From positions 19,988 to 83,987 of the forward strand of contig JAFDDR010000001.1 in the NCBI GenBank assembly GCA_019310785.1: DNA of 64,000 nucleotides, written 5' to 3'. Under the pieces are notes generated by a model that saw only the letters and a program-made list of their open reading frames with translations, was not told the origin of the DNA and searched no databases. Made by a program: the position numbers and the translations under genes. Positions 48,641 through 56,144 of the stretch are shown piece after piece. Source of the stretch: Deltaproteobacteria bacterium. GTDB taxonomy: Bacteria; Desulfobacterota; DSM-4660; Desulfatiglandales; Desulfatiglandaceae. Positions within the stretch are counted from its first letter, which is position 1, and every line of letters begins with the position of its first letter.

Positions 48641-49192
48641 TCATTTTCTTAAACTGTATATAAAATCCCAGTTTTTGCCGTATTTCTTTGCAGTGTTTTC
48701 GAGGTAGAACCAGTCTAATTTTGGATCATGTTCTAAAATCTTTTCAATGTCTGCTTTGTCCTGGTTCCTAAAAGAGGCCAATTTCAATACAATCAAGTCC
48801 TCCTTTGAAATAACATATATCTTCATTCCATATTCTTCTATTTCTATTTTCCGGTTCATTATCTTCCCGGAGTAATCATCAGGTACAATGATCAAATCCA
48901 ACTGAAGAATATCCGGTTCATCCTTGTAGTTGAAAATATGACGCCATATTGTAACCAGACACATAGGCATATCATCTTTATGGCTTTGCAGCAGATCGAA
49001 ATCTTTTTCAAACCGACGAACAATCCTATCTCTTTCTTCATCTGAAATTGATGCCACAATATCTACGTCCACGGTGCCTCTGGCAGGCCCCCAAATAGAC
49101 ACGGCCAAACCACCGGCAAGACAATAAGGAATGTTTTCCTTCTCAAAAGAGACGCAAATATCCTTCATAAAATCAATCAATAGAGCTGACAT
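48641..49192 (-). CDS. small nucleotidyltransferase-fold protein (MNT-like)
   Basis: GGLAVSIWGPARGTVDVDIV fits the G[GS]-x9-13-DxD pol-beta NTase signature. The ATG at 49192 has a GAGGT SD 7 nt upstream. It overlaps the upstream small ORF by 20 nt. Confidence 0.6.
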   Translation of the reverse strand: MSALLIDFMKDICVSFEKENIPYCLAGGLAVSIWGPARGTVDVDIVASISDEERDRIVRRFEKDFDLLQSHKDDMPMCLVTIWRHIFNYKDEPDILQLDLIIVPDDYSGKIMNRKIEIEEYGMKIYVISKEDLIVLKLASFRNQDKADIEKILEHDPKLDWFYLENTAKKYGKNWDFIYSLRK

Positions 49193-49370
49193 TGAAGTTA
49201 CCTCGAACATTTCTTATAGATATCAAGCGCCTTAATTGGAAATCATTTTTATCAGGATAAAGTTTACGATATAAAGCGAGTTTTAGAGTATGATGAAGCT
49301 CAACCAAATCAGAGGTATGGCGAAGATTCGTTTCAAGCTGTTTTTTCAGCTCAGGAGATATTTTTTGCAA
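49173..49370 (-). CDS. hypothetical 65-aa protein, upstream partner of the NTase
   Basis: TTG start 6 nt after a GGAGG SD. It appears translationally linked to the NTase gene, and I recognise no family. Confidence 0.4.
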   Translation of the reverse strand: MQKISPELKKQLETNLRHTSDLVELHHTLKLALYRKLYPDKNDFQLRRLISIRNVRGNFNVSSID

Positions 49371-49583
49371 TGGCTGCCTCCGGGACTAATCTCGACATTC
49401 AAAGCAACATTTACGCGGCCTTTCGTCCTCCGGCCAGGTTACAACACCTTTTCATTTCGTCTAAAATATTTTTCTTTTTACCATACCATTTTTGCAGATC
49501 AGATCAATCTATTGATGGTCTCGTAAAAAGCGTCATCAATCTCGCGGTCTGCCCAACTGCTTTGTCTTGCCATGTTCTAATGG

Positions 49584-49982
49584 TTACCAAAAACTTCGAA
49601 CATTTTTATAAGCAAGAATTTTTTTATCTTTTGTCAATATCGTTGCATTTTCTTCCCTTGCCGTTGCTACAATAATTTGGTCAGCCGGATCACCATGGAA
49701 AGGTTGGGGTAGCACAGTTGAGCGGTATGATAAGACAGGAGAGAGAGGGATTAGCCTAAGTTTTGGCATATCGAGAGCAGTATTTATCCAATCCTCTGGG
49801 TCACACGAAATTCCCACTCTCTTTTTTTCAAGGAGTTTGCTGAATTCCCATGGAGAAATTGCGGACAATAGTATCTCATCATACATCTCAGCATTGCCAA
49901 TTAATCCTTTGACCCTTTTTGATAACTTTTTTGGGTTCATGTTCCACCAGATCCAGGTATGTGTATCAAGCAGATATATCAT
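49584..49982 (-). CDS. vapC: PIN-domain toxin (VapC family)
   Basis: MIYLLDTHTWIWW N-terminus with conserved acidic residues. It overlaps the upstream antitoxin by ATGA. Confidence 0.85.
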   Translation of the reverse strand: MIYLLDTHTWIWWNMNPKKLSKRVKGLIGNAEMYDEILLSAISPWEFSKLLEKKRVGISCDPEDWINTALDMPKLRLIPLSPVLSYRSTVLPQPFHGDPADQIIVATAREENATILTKDKKILAYKNVRSFW

Positions 49983-50212
49983 TTGCAGGCATCCCACATT
50001 CCCTCACCCAACGGTGAAATTACGTCTTTTTCAAAAACAAGAGCATCAGAAAGTCTGCCCGGCTTGGGGGTTATACCAGAAGTGCGGTAAGGTGTTATTT
50101 GGGCTAATGGCTTACCTCGCTTTGTTATGACAATCACTTCATGTGTTTTGGCAACTTGGTCCAAAATTTTCAAGGCATGCGATTTAAATTGGCTTATTCC
50201 CATGGTTTTCAT
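49979..50212 (-). CDS. Phd/YefM-family antitoxin
   Basis: MKTMGISQFKSHALKILDQVAKTHEVIVITKRGKPLAQI. A GGAGG SD lies 6 nt upstream, and an upstream TTGACT-17-TACTAT promoter-like sequence is present on the minus strand. Confidence 0.8.
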   Translation of the reverse strand: MKTMGISQFKSHALKILDQVAKTHEVIVITKRGKPLAQITPYRTSGITPKPGRLSDALVFEKDVISPLGEGMWDACK

Positions 50213-50311
50213 ACGACACCTCCTGGATAAACATATAGTAGTCAATTCAAATGGTCAAGTCAAGGGCAAAAGAGGAGGATTTCAGACGGCAGGAATTACG
50301 AATTGCGAATT

Positions 50312-50415
50312 GGGGTCGCCACGCTAACTTATTGAATATTATAGCTTTACCTTCCAAAAATAGGTGCTTTTACGGTCTTTCTTTAAGAGTTTTAGATAGT
50401 TAGCGTGGCGACCCC
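50312..50415. repeat. 17-bp perfect inverted repeat around a 70-nt AT-rich loop
   Basis: GGGGTCGCCACGCTAAC (50312-50328) pairs with GTTAGCGTGGCGACCCC (50399-50415). It is preceded by the stutter ATTACGAATTGCGAATTG. Confidence 0.8.
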
Positions 50416-50745
50416 ATCAAACCAAGGACTGCTGCCTTCCGAGCAATGCAAACCGTCGGCTTTCTTCGGCACTCAGTGCGCTGATTCCCGGATAATCCTA
50501 ATGACCACAACTATACATTTTTAGGGGCTCGATACAGAGCCTGCACCCTCGTTCCGTTGTGGAACATCCCGCGAAAGCAGGGCTTCTTACCCCCGTTACC
50601 GGGTTTGCACGTGGATTTCACTACTTAGTCGGTGGCTAACCTTTACTCAGGTGGGACTTTCACCCACCGGTAGCAATAACCAATTTCATCCCATCCTATC
50701 GGCATTCCCAAGGTCTCGGATTTACCTTGGCACGAGCATTTGTTT
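50416..50745 (-). other. ORF-free, hairpin-dense segment (candidate structured RNA or decayed gene remnant)
   Basis: The track lists no ORF of 60 codons or more in any frame from 50328 to 50815, and composition is not AT-rich. Local hairpins are at 50526-50541, 50591-50603 (GUAA loop on the minus strand), 50650-50668 and 50708-50730. The strand is a guess. Confidence 0.25.
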
Positions 50746-50815
50746 TGTTAGACCAGCTTATTCCATTCATCGGTAGTAATGGCGCGTCCTATAATTCCTT
50801 CGACTTCATTTAGCA

Positions 50816-51052
50816 TCATACGTAACTGAGGAACTGAGTATCTGGGATGAGATGCCATAATTTTAAGCCGACCAATACCCAATCTTCAAGCGTAGAGCGC
50901 AATTCATCTTCACACTCTCGTAATATCTTACCAAAAGCGATGACTCCTTTGCTGGATGGAATACGCCCAGAAAATGTTCCATCTTCAAGCTTGTCATATT
51001 CTGCTTGAGATAAAGCATTTTCGATGTAACCTGTAAGAATAAATTGCAACAT
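50816..51052 (-). CDS. HicB-like antitoxin-family protein
   Basis: ALSQAEYDKLEDGTFSGRIPSSKGVIAFGKILRECEDELRSTLEDWVLVGLK matches the short HicB-like antitoxin pattern I remember (..YE.LED..FYGEIP...GV.A.G.TLEECR.EL.E.LE.W). No HicA partner is present. Confidence 0.5.
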   Translation of the reverse strand: MLQFILTGYIENALSQAEYDKLEDGTFSGRIPSSKGVIAFGKILRECEDELRSTLEDWVLVGLKLWHLIPDTQFLSYV

Positions 51053-51493
51053 TTACCTTTACTCCCTTTAATAAACTGCGTGTATTATGAGTTGAGCGGC
51101 ATCAGTGTCAATAGCATGGCAAATATTCCACCTAATTTTTGTATTCCCTTGAGTTTTCCACATTGTGTAATTATACCGGCATAGTATAGAAATAGGCAAG
51201 TCAGAATTCGGACCAGATCCTCAGTTAAGGCTTATGTATCCTGGATAAAATTAGGGTAAGGTGATGAATATCTTGAAGACTGCAAGCAAAAATGAAAAGA
51301 TCCAAACAATTAATTATATCTAAAGATATGGCTTTTTTCTCATTTTTCTTGCCACCAGGACACTGCTAATCTTTGTGAACTACTTTAAGAAAGAGTCGCA
51401 CTTGACAACACAGGTGTGATCCGATATTCCCACTTGAACGTCTGGAGCAAGAGTAGGGGCGGGGATAAACCCCGTCCAGAGGGTTATTTGATC

Positions 51494-51958
51494 GTGATTG
51501 ATGAATTAGATAAAAAGGTCATAAGCCTTATCCAGGGGGACCTTCCCCTTGATCGGAGGCCATTTGCCGTGATGGCTGAGAAAATCGGCATGTCCGAAGA
51601 AGATTTTTTGCGCCGGGCCAATGACCTGAAAAAGAGAGGCATCATCAGGCGATTCGGGGCCACGTTGCGTCATCAGGAGGCAGGATTCAGTTCCAATGCC
51701 ATGGTTGCCTGGATCGTCCCCGATGACCTGGTAGAGGAAACCGGCAATATCCTGGCCCGGTTTCAAGAGGTCACCCACTGCTACCAGAGAAAACCCCAAA
51801 AGCACTGGCGATACAACCTCTACACCATGATCCATGGAAGCAGCTCGGATGAATGTAACCAAATAGCGGAGCGCATGTCCCACGCTGTAAAAATTGATGA
51901 CTATGCTCTTCTCTTCAGCGAGAAGGAATTTAAAAAGACGAGTATGGAATATTTTTAA
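51494..51958 (+). CDS. siroheme decarboxylase subunit (AhbA/AhbB, Lrp/AsnC-like NirDLGH family)
   Basis: LDKKVISLIQGDLPLDRRPFAVMAEKIGMSEEDFLRRANDLKKRGIIRRFGA... and THCYQR motifs. The GTG at 51494 follows an AGAGGG SD, whereas the track start at 51416 adds a non-conserved leader. Confidence 0.7.
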   Translation: MIDELDKKVISLIQGDLPLDRRPFAVMAEKIGMSEEDFLRRANDLKKRGIIRRFGATLRHQEAGFSSNAMVAWIVPDDLVEETGNILARFQEVTHCYQRKPQKHWRYNLYTMIHGSSSDECNQIAERMSHAVKIDDYALLFSEKEFKKTSMEYF

Positions 51959-52037
51959 CGCACATCTTTGATATAGCCGCAAAAAGGCGCAAAATACGCA
52001 AAAATAAAAACTACATGTTGTAATATCAATCATTTAT

Positions 52038-52100
52038 ACCCCCCTCCCCTTCATCCCCTCCCTGCAGGGGAGGGAAAATGAGACTTTTTACGAGATCATC
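52038..52100. repeat. family 3 repeat, partial copy 2
   Basis: A C-rich tract, then hairpin CCCTCCC-tgcag-GGGAGGG, then GACTTTTTACGAGATCATCA. Compare 17791-17818. Confidence 0.55.
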
Positions 52101-52118
52101 ATCTTGTGGAGAAAAATA

Positions 52119-53399
52119 ATGGGAAAAATATCTGACTTACTGTTTCAAAAAGCCAAGGACTTTATTCCGGGCGGGGTAAATAGCCCGGTGAGGGCTGGAA
52201 AGGCCGTGGGCATTGACCCGCCTTTTATATCAAAGGCAAACGGTTGCCTTCTCTGGGATGAGGATGGAAACGAATACATCGACTATGTCTGTTCATGGGG
52301 CCCTATGATTTTGGGCCACGCCCATCCGGAAGTTGTCCAGGCCCTCGAAAAAGCATTGTACAGCGGAACCAGTTTCGGAGCCCCTACGAAGCTGGAAGTG
52401 GAAATGGCTGAAATAATAGTAAAGATGGTGCCGTCCATTGAGATGGTCCGCATGGTAAACTCGGGAACAGAGGCCACAATGAGCGCCATCCGGCTTGCAA
52501 GGGGACACACTGGCAGGGAAAAGATTATCAAGTTTGACGGCTGTTATCACGGTCATGCCGACAGCCTGTTAGTATCGGCAGGTTCCGGGGTCGCGACACT
52601 CGGCATCCCCGGAAGTCCGGGAGTACCGCAGGACCTGGCCAAACACACAATTTCACTCCCTTTTAATGATATGGAGGGCATAGATCAGGCTTTTGACAAA
52701 TTCGGACCTGAAATCGCAGCGGTCATTGTCGAGCCGGTTCCCGGCAATATGGGCGTCATTGTACCGGATGACAGTTTTCTGCAAGGATTAAGGAAAATAA
52801 CCCGCGAGCATGGCGCACTCCTCATCTTTGACGAGGTGATCAGTGGCTTTAGAGTGGCACCCGGAGGCGCACAGGAACTTTATGATATCATGCCTGATAT
52901 CACATGTTTAGGTAAAATCATAGGTGGCGGGCTACCCGTTGGCGCTTACGGCGGGAGTAAAGAAATCATGGCCGGGATGGCCCCGGAAGGGAATATCTAT
53001 CAGGCCGGCACCCTCTCCGGGAACCCGCTGGCCATGGCCGCCGGCCTGACAACGCTAAAGATCCTTAAGAGGGGAGAGGTCTATCCCGAGCTCGAAAACA
53101 AGGCTAAAATGCTGTTTTCCGGCCTTGAAAAGGCTGCCCGGGCCGAGGGTATTCCAATCACTATTAACCGCATCGGTTCAATGGGTTCCCTCTTTTTTAA
53201 TACCGGGCCTGTCAACGATTTTGACGGCGCAAAGGACAGTGACGAAACCCTCTTTAGAAAATACTACGGGAGCATGCTCGATCAGGGTATATACTTGGCT
53301 CCATCCCCGTTTGAGGCCGGTTTTCTGTCGACGGCTCACGGCGAAGGAATAATCCAGAAGACTATTCACGCCGCTGCCATTGCTTTCAGTCGCCTGTAA
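52119..53399 (+). CDS. hemL: glutamate-1-semialdehyde 2,1-aminomutase
   Basis: [13 protein letters not shown]-terminal motif and a full-length class III aminotransferase sequence. The ATG at 52119 follows a GGAG SD. Confidence 0.92.
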   Translation: MGKISDLLFQKAKDFIPGGVNSPVRAGKAVGIDPPFISKANGCLLWDEDGNEYIDYVCSWGPMILGHAHPEVVQALEKALYSGTSFGAPTKLEVEMAEIIVKMVPSIEMVRMVNSGTEATMSAIRLARGHTGREKIIKFDGCYHGHADSLLVSAGSGVATLGIPGSPGVPQDLAKHTISLPFNDMEGIDQAFDKFGPEIAAVIVEPVPGNMGVIVPDDSFLQGLRKITREHGALLIFDEVISGFRVAPGGAQELYDIMPDITCLGKIIGGGLPVGAYGGSKEIMAGMAPEGNIYQAGTLSGNPLAMAAGLTTLKILKRGEVYPELENKAKMLFSGLEKAARAEGIPITINRIGSMGSLFFNTGPVNDFDGAKDSDETLFRKYYGSMLDQGIYLAPSPFEAGFLSTAHGEGIIQKTIHAAAIAFSRL

Positions 53400-53487
53400 A
53401 TGAACTGCCCACTACAAGCTATGGGGAATTTAACCCAATAACTCAAAGAAATCTGCCTAATCTGCGTAATCTGTGTATTAAAACTTG

Positions 53488-53523
53488 TTGACTTTGCCGG
53501 AAAATTTGTGATAAAAGTCACAA
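53488..53523 (+). promoter_or_regulatory. putative atp promoter overlapped by a Rex operator
   Basis: TTGACT (53488-53493), then a -10-like GATAAA/ATAAAA at 53510-53516. TTGTGATAAAAGTCACAA (53506-53523) is a perfect TTGTGA-N6-TCACAA palindrome matching the Rex box TTGTGAAnnnnTTCACAA. Confidence 0.6.
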
Positions 53524-53560
53524 GATTTTTCATATAGGACAAGGTCACCGGTCTTGTTAT

Positions 53561-53779
53561 ATGGACGAAGACCTAAAAAAAAGCATCAAAACCTTAGGCT
53601 ATTTCAGCACCATCGGTATGGCCATGGCCCTGTCTATCGCTTTGGGGGCACTTATCGGCTATTATATCGATAATAAATTCGGGACCCAACCATGGTTTTT
53701 TTTTGTTTTCCTGGGTTTAGGCATAGCCGCTGCATTCAGGAATCTCTATATCCTTTATAAAAAGGCCAAGGACATGTGA
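53561..53779 (+). CDS. atpZ: AtpZ/AtpR-type small membrane protein of the F-ATPase operon
   Basis: 72 aa with two TM helices. It is the first gene of the atp cluster. Confidence 0.7.
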   Translation: MDEDLKKSIKTLGYFSTIGMAMALSIALGALIGYYIDNKFGTQPWFFFVFLGLGIAAAFRNLYILYKKAKDM

Positions 53780-54168
53780 TGGACTGGGAAAAGTTAGTCA
53801 AGCAACTCAGAATTCAAAACTGGATCATCCTTATGATCTTGGGAGCGACCAGCTTTTTTGTAATGAGTTCCGACTTTACGCTGGGTATCATCCTTGGAGG
53901 CCTGATCATTATTGCCAATTTTAATATACTTCAACACACCATACGCCGCGCTTTTTCCCCTGACGGGGTCATGAAAAACAACAAGCTGGCCATCGTGGCA
54001 AAATATTATTTTAGACTTGCCATTTTGGGAATAATTATCTATATCCTGATCACCAACGGCTGGGTGAATCCCATAGGCTTGGCCATGGGGCTCTCGATCG
54101 TGGTTTTCAGCATCATTAACATCGGAATCCGTGCAGTTTGGAAAACATCATCCGGGGAGGCAATATAG
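53776..54168 (+). CDS. atpI: ATP synthase protein I
   Basis: 130 aa with four hydrophobic segments, positioned between atpZ and atpB. The start is GTG 53776 or ATG 53779, overlapping the atpZ stop. Confidence 0.7.
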   Translation: MMDWEKLVKQLRIQNWIILMILGATSFFVMSSDFTLGIILGGLIIIANFNILQHTIRRAFSPDGVMKNNKLAIVAKYYFRLAILGIIIYILITNGWVNPIGLAMGLSIVVFSIINIGIRAVWKTSSGEAI

Positions 54169-54171
54169 ATT

Positions 54172-54861
54172 ATGGAGCATCCTATTTTCTTTATAGACTC
54201 GATTTTATCAGCCATTGGTTTAGAGCATTTTGCACATAAATTCACATTTGTGACCCACACCTGGCTGGTTATGCTCATCCTGATTGTGAGTGCTCTTCTG
54301 TTTGCCAGAGGGGTCCAGCTTCTTCCTAAAAAAGGACAGAATTTTTTTGAGATTCTGCTTGGTGGTCTTGAGAACTTTATGGTGGAGATTACAGGTCCGG
54401 AAGGGAGATTCTTTTTCCCGTATATTGCAACCATTTTTCTTTTTATCCTGACATCCAACCTCATCGGACTGATACCCGGCTTTAACTCACCCACGGCCAA
54501 TTTAAATACAACCCTTGCCTTAGCCATTTGTTCATTTATATTAACCCATGCTATAGGGATTAAATTCCATGGTGCCAAGTATATAAAACATTTCTTAGGG
54601 CCTGTCTGGTGGTTGGCCCCTTTGATGCTACCAATTGAGCTCATCGGACATTTCGCCCGGATCATGTCACTGAGTGTCCGGCTTTTTGGAAATATCTTTG
54701 GAAAAGAGATGGTGCTGTCAATCCTTTTCATGCTGGCAGGGCTCTATCTCGCTCCCTTGCCTATACTCTTTTTGGGTATTCTGGTTAGTTTTATACAGGC
54801 CCTTGTATTTATGCTCCTTTCCATTATGTATTTTGTGGGCGCTATGGAAGAGGCCCACTAA
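54172..54861 (+). CDS. atpB: F0F1 ATP synthase subunit a
   Basis: 229 aa with the conserved Arg region LSVRLFGNIFGKE. Confidence 0.9.
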   Translation: MEHPIFFIDSILSAIGLEHFAHKFTFVTHTWLVMLILIVSALLFARGVQLLPKKGQNFFEILLGGLENFMVEITGPEGRFFFPYIATIFLFILTSNLIGLIPGFNSPTANLNTTLALAICSFILTHAIGIKFHGAKYIKHFLGPVWWLAPLMLPIELIGHFARIMSLSVRLFGNIFGKEMVLSILFMLAGLYLAPLPILFLGILVSFIQALVFMLLSIMYFVGAMEEAH

Positions 54862-54971
54862 ATTATCAGATGTCAATAGTATGCTGAGCCTCAAATGGTT
54901 GAGGATTTAGTGATAGAATTTGTGAAACACAAGTTTAGGAAGAAGGCCAAAATAAATGAAAGGAGGTTCAC

Positions 54972-55349
54972 ATGTCTAAGAAAACGTTAACAGGAGTCCT
55001 AACAGCAGTTCTGGTACTGGGTACAGCTTCAATGGCTTTAGCCGGGGATGAGGCGGTGAAGGCAGCCGGTATGTGGGTATTCTTCGGAATCGCCATTGCC
55101 TGCGGTGCCGGTATTGGACTGGCCGCCCTGGGAACCGGCATCGGTATGGGAAATGCCATTAATGGTGCCCTTCAGGGAACAGCCAGGAACCCGGAAGCAG
55201 GCGGTAAGATCATGACCACCATGATTATTGGTCTGGCCCTGATCGAATCCCTCTGTATTTATGCCCTGGTTATCTGCTTTATCATGGTCTTTAAGATTCC
55301 GGATATGGGCAAGCTGTTTGACCTTATCGTGAAATCTTTAGGCGCTTAA
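54972..55349 (+). CDS. atpE: F0F1 ATP synthase subunit c with signal-peptide-like N-terminal extension
   Basis: The core GIGLAALGTGIGMG...ARNPEA...LALIESLCIYALV is a canonical c-subunit hairpin. A strong AAGGAGG SD 5 nt before the ATG at 54972 supports the long N-terminus MSKKTLTGVLTAVLVLGTASMALA. Confidence 0.88.
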   Translation: MSKKTLTGVLTAVLVLGTASMALAGDEAVKAAGMWVFFGIAIACGAGIGLAALGTGIGMGNAINGALQGTARNPEAGGKIMTTMIIGLALIESLCIYALVICFIMVFKIPDMGKLFDLIVKSLGA

Positions 55350-55362
55350 TCCAGAAGAAAAA

Positions 55363-55392
55363 AGAGGGTCTGTCAAAGACCCTCTTTTTGTT
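55363..55392 (+). terminator. rho-independent terminator after atpE
   Basis: AGAGGGTC-tgtcaaa-GACCCTCT followed by TTTTGTTCTTC. Confidence 0.85.
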
Positions 55393-55400
55393 CTTCAATT

Positions 55401-55418
55401 ATGTGCAATATTTCACAA
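55401..55418 (+). promoter_or_regulatory. Rex-box-like operator upstream of rex
   Basis: ATGTGCAATATTTCACAA against the consensus TTGTGAAnnnnTTCACAA has 2 mismatches in the 14 specified positions. It lies 51 nt upstream of the rex ATG. Confidence 0.5.
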
Positions 55419-55468
55419 TATCGTGTTTCCCTGCCGCCTCCCCTTTATCTAAACTTTAGGGACAATCC

Positions 55469-56104
55469 ATGAACAAGGAATCCAAGATACCGGCTCCCAC
55501 TATAGAGCGCTTAGCGTATTACTCAAGACCCCTTGAGTCCCTTCTGAATAGTGAAACCCCTGTCATCTCATCTGAAAAACTTGCCCATCTGTGCGGTGTA
55601 AACCCGGCACAGGTGAGAAAGGACCTGGCATACTTTGGTGAATTCGGGGTACGCGGCGTAGGATATAATGTCAGGGATCTGTTGTGGGAAATCAAGAAGA
55701 TTTTAGCGACCGATAGGGATTGGACTCTCTGTATGGTGGGCATGGGCAATTTAGGCAGTGCAATTGTGGAAAATGAAAACTTCAAGAAAAGGGGCTACAA
55801 ATTTGTTGCCGCCTTTGATTCTGACCCAACAAAAATCGGAAGAACACTCCCCTGCGGTTTGATCATTGAACCGACCAACAGGATTGGAGAATTTGTCCGG
55901 GATCTCAAAGTTGAAATCGGGGTCATCACCACACGCCCACATGAAGCCCAGCGATTTGCGGACCTTCTCATGGACTCAGGTGTAAAAGCCATCCTTAACT
56001 TTGCTTCCATCCAGATAAGGACCCCGGAGTGCTGTGAGGTTGAAAACGTAGATTTTGCAGTAAAACTCGAGAATCTGGCTTATCATATTGCGAAGATTCT
56101 ATAG
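55469..56104 (+). CDS. rex: redox-sensing transcriptional repressor Rex
   Basis: N-terminal winged helix (TIERLAYYSRPLE...SSEKLA...QVRKDLAYFGEFGVRGVGY) and a Rossmann GMGNLG motif. Confidence 0.9.
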   Translation: MNKESKIPAPTIERLAYYSRPLESLLNSETPVISSEKLAHLCGVNPAQVRKDLAYFGEFGVRGVGYNVRDLLWEIKKILATDRDWTLCMVGMGNLGSAIVENENFKKRGYKFVAAFDSDPTKIGRTLPCGLIIEPTNRIGEFVRDLKVEIGVITTRPHEAQRFADLLMDSGVKAILNFASIQIRTPECCEVENVDFAVKLENLAYHIAKIL

Positions 56105-56144
56105 CTTTTAAGAATATGTTTCTGTAAACGTATAGTGCATACCT

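Noticed and set aside
48641-49192. The small nucleotidyltransferase as a CBASS/CD-NTase signalling enzyme
   Set aside because: At about 183 aa it is far too short for a CD-NTase and has only the minimal MNT-type pol-beta core.
49371-49583. Short broken ORFs (for example MARQSSWADREIDDAFYETINRLI) between the NTase module and vapC as a disrupted gene
   Set aside because: The fragments are under 25 codons in different frames with no recognisable family, which is insufficient evidence for a pseudogene call.
50728-50742. Sigma-54-like TGGCAC-N5-TTTG on the plus strand
   Set aside because: The second element is TTTG rather than TTGC, and no plus-strand gene lies downstream. It is likely chance.
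50416-50745. Assignment of the ORF-free segment to a known RNA family (group II intron, RNase P, tmRNA, SRP RNA, c-di-GMP-I or cobalamin riboswitch)
   Set aside because: The resemblances were only partial: a GUGAAAGUC-type loop, GCAAACC followed by a GNRA hairpin, and a GGAAGGCAGCAG string. It has no GUGYG 5' end plus domain V, no RNase P ACAGAACCCGGCUUA-type core, no tRNA-like CCA end and no B12 box. No family call is justified without cmscan.
54920-54932. TTGTGAAACACAA palindrome between atpB and atpE as another Rex site
   Set aside because: The half-sites are separated by 3 nt instead of the spacing in the 18-bp Rex box, so it is probably not a Rex operator.
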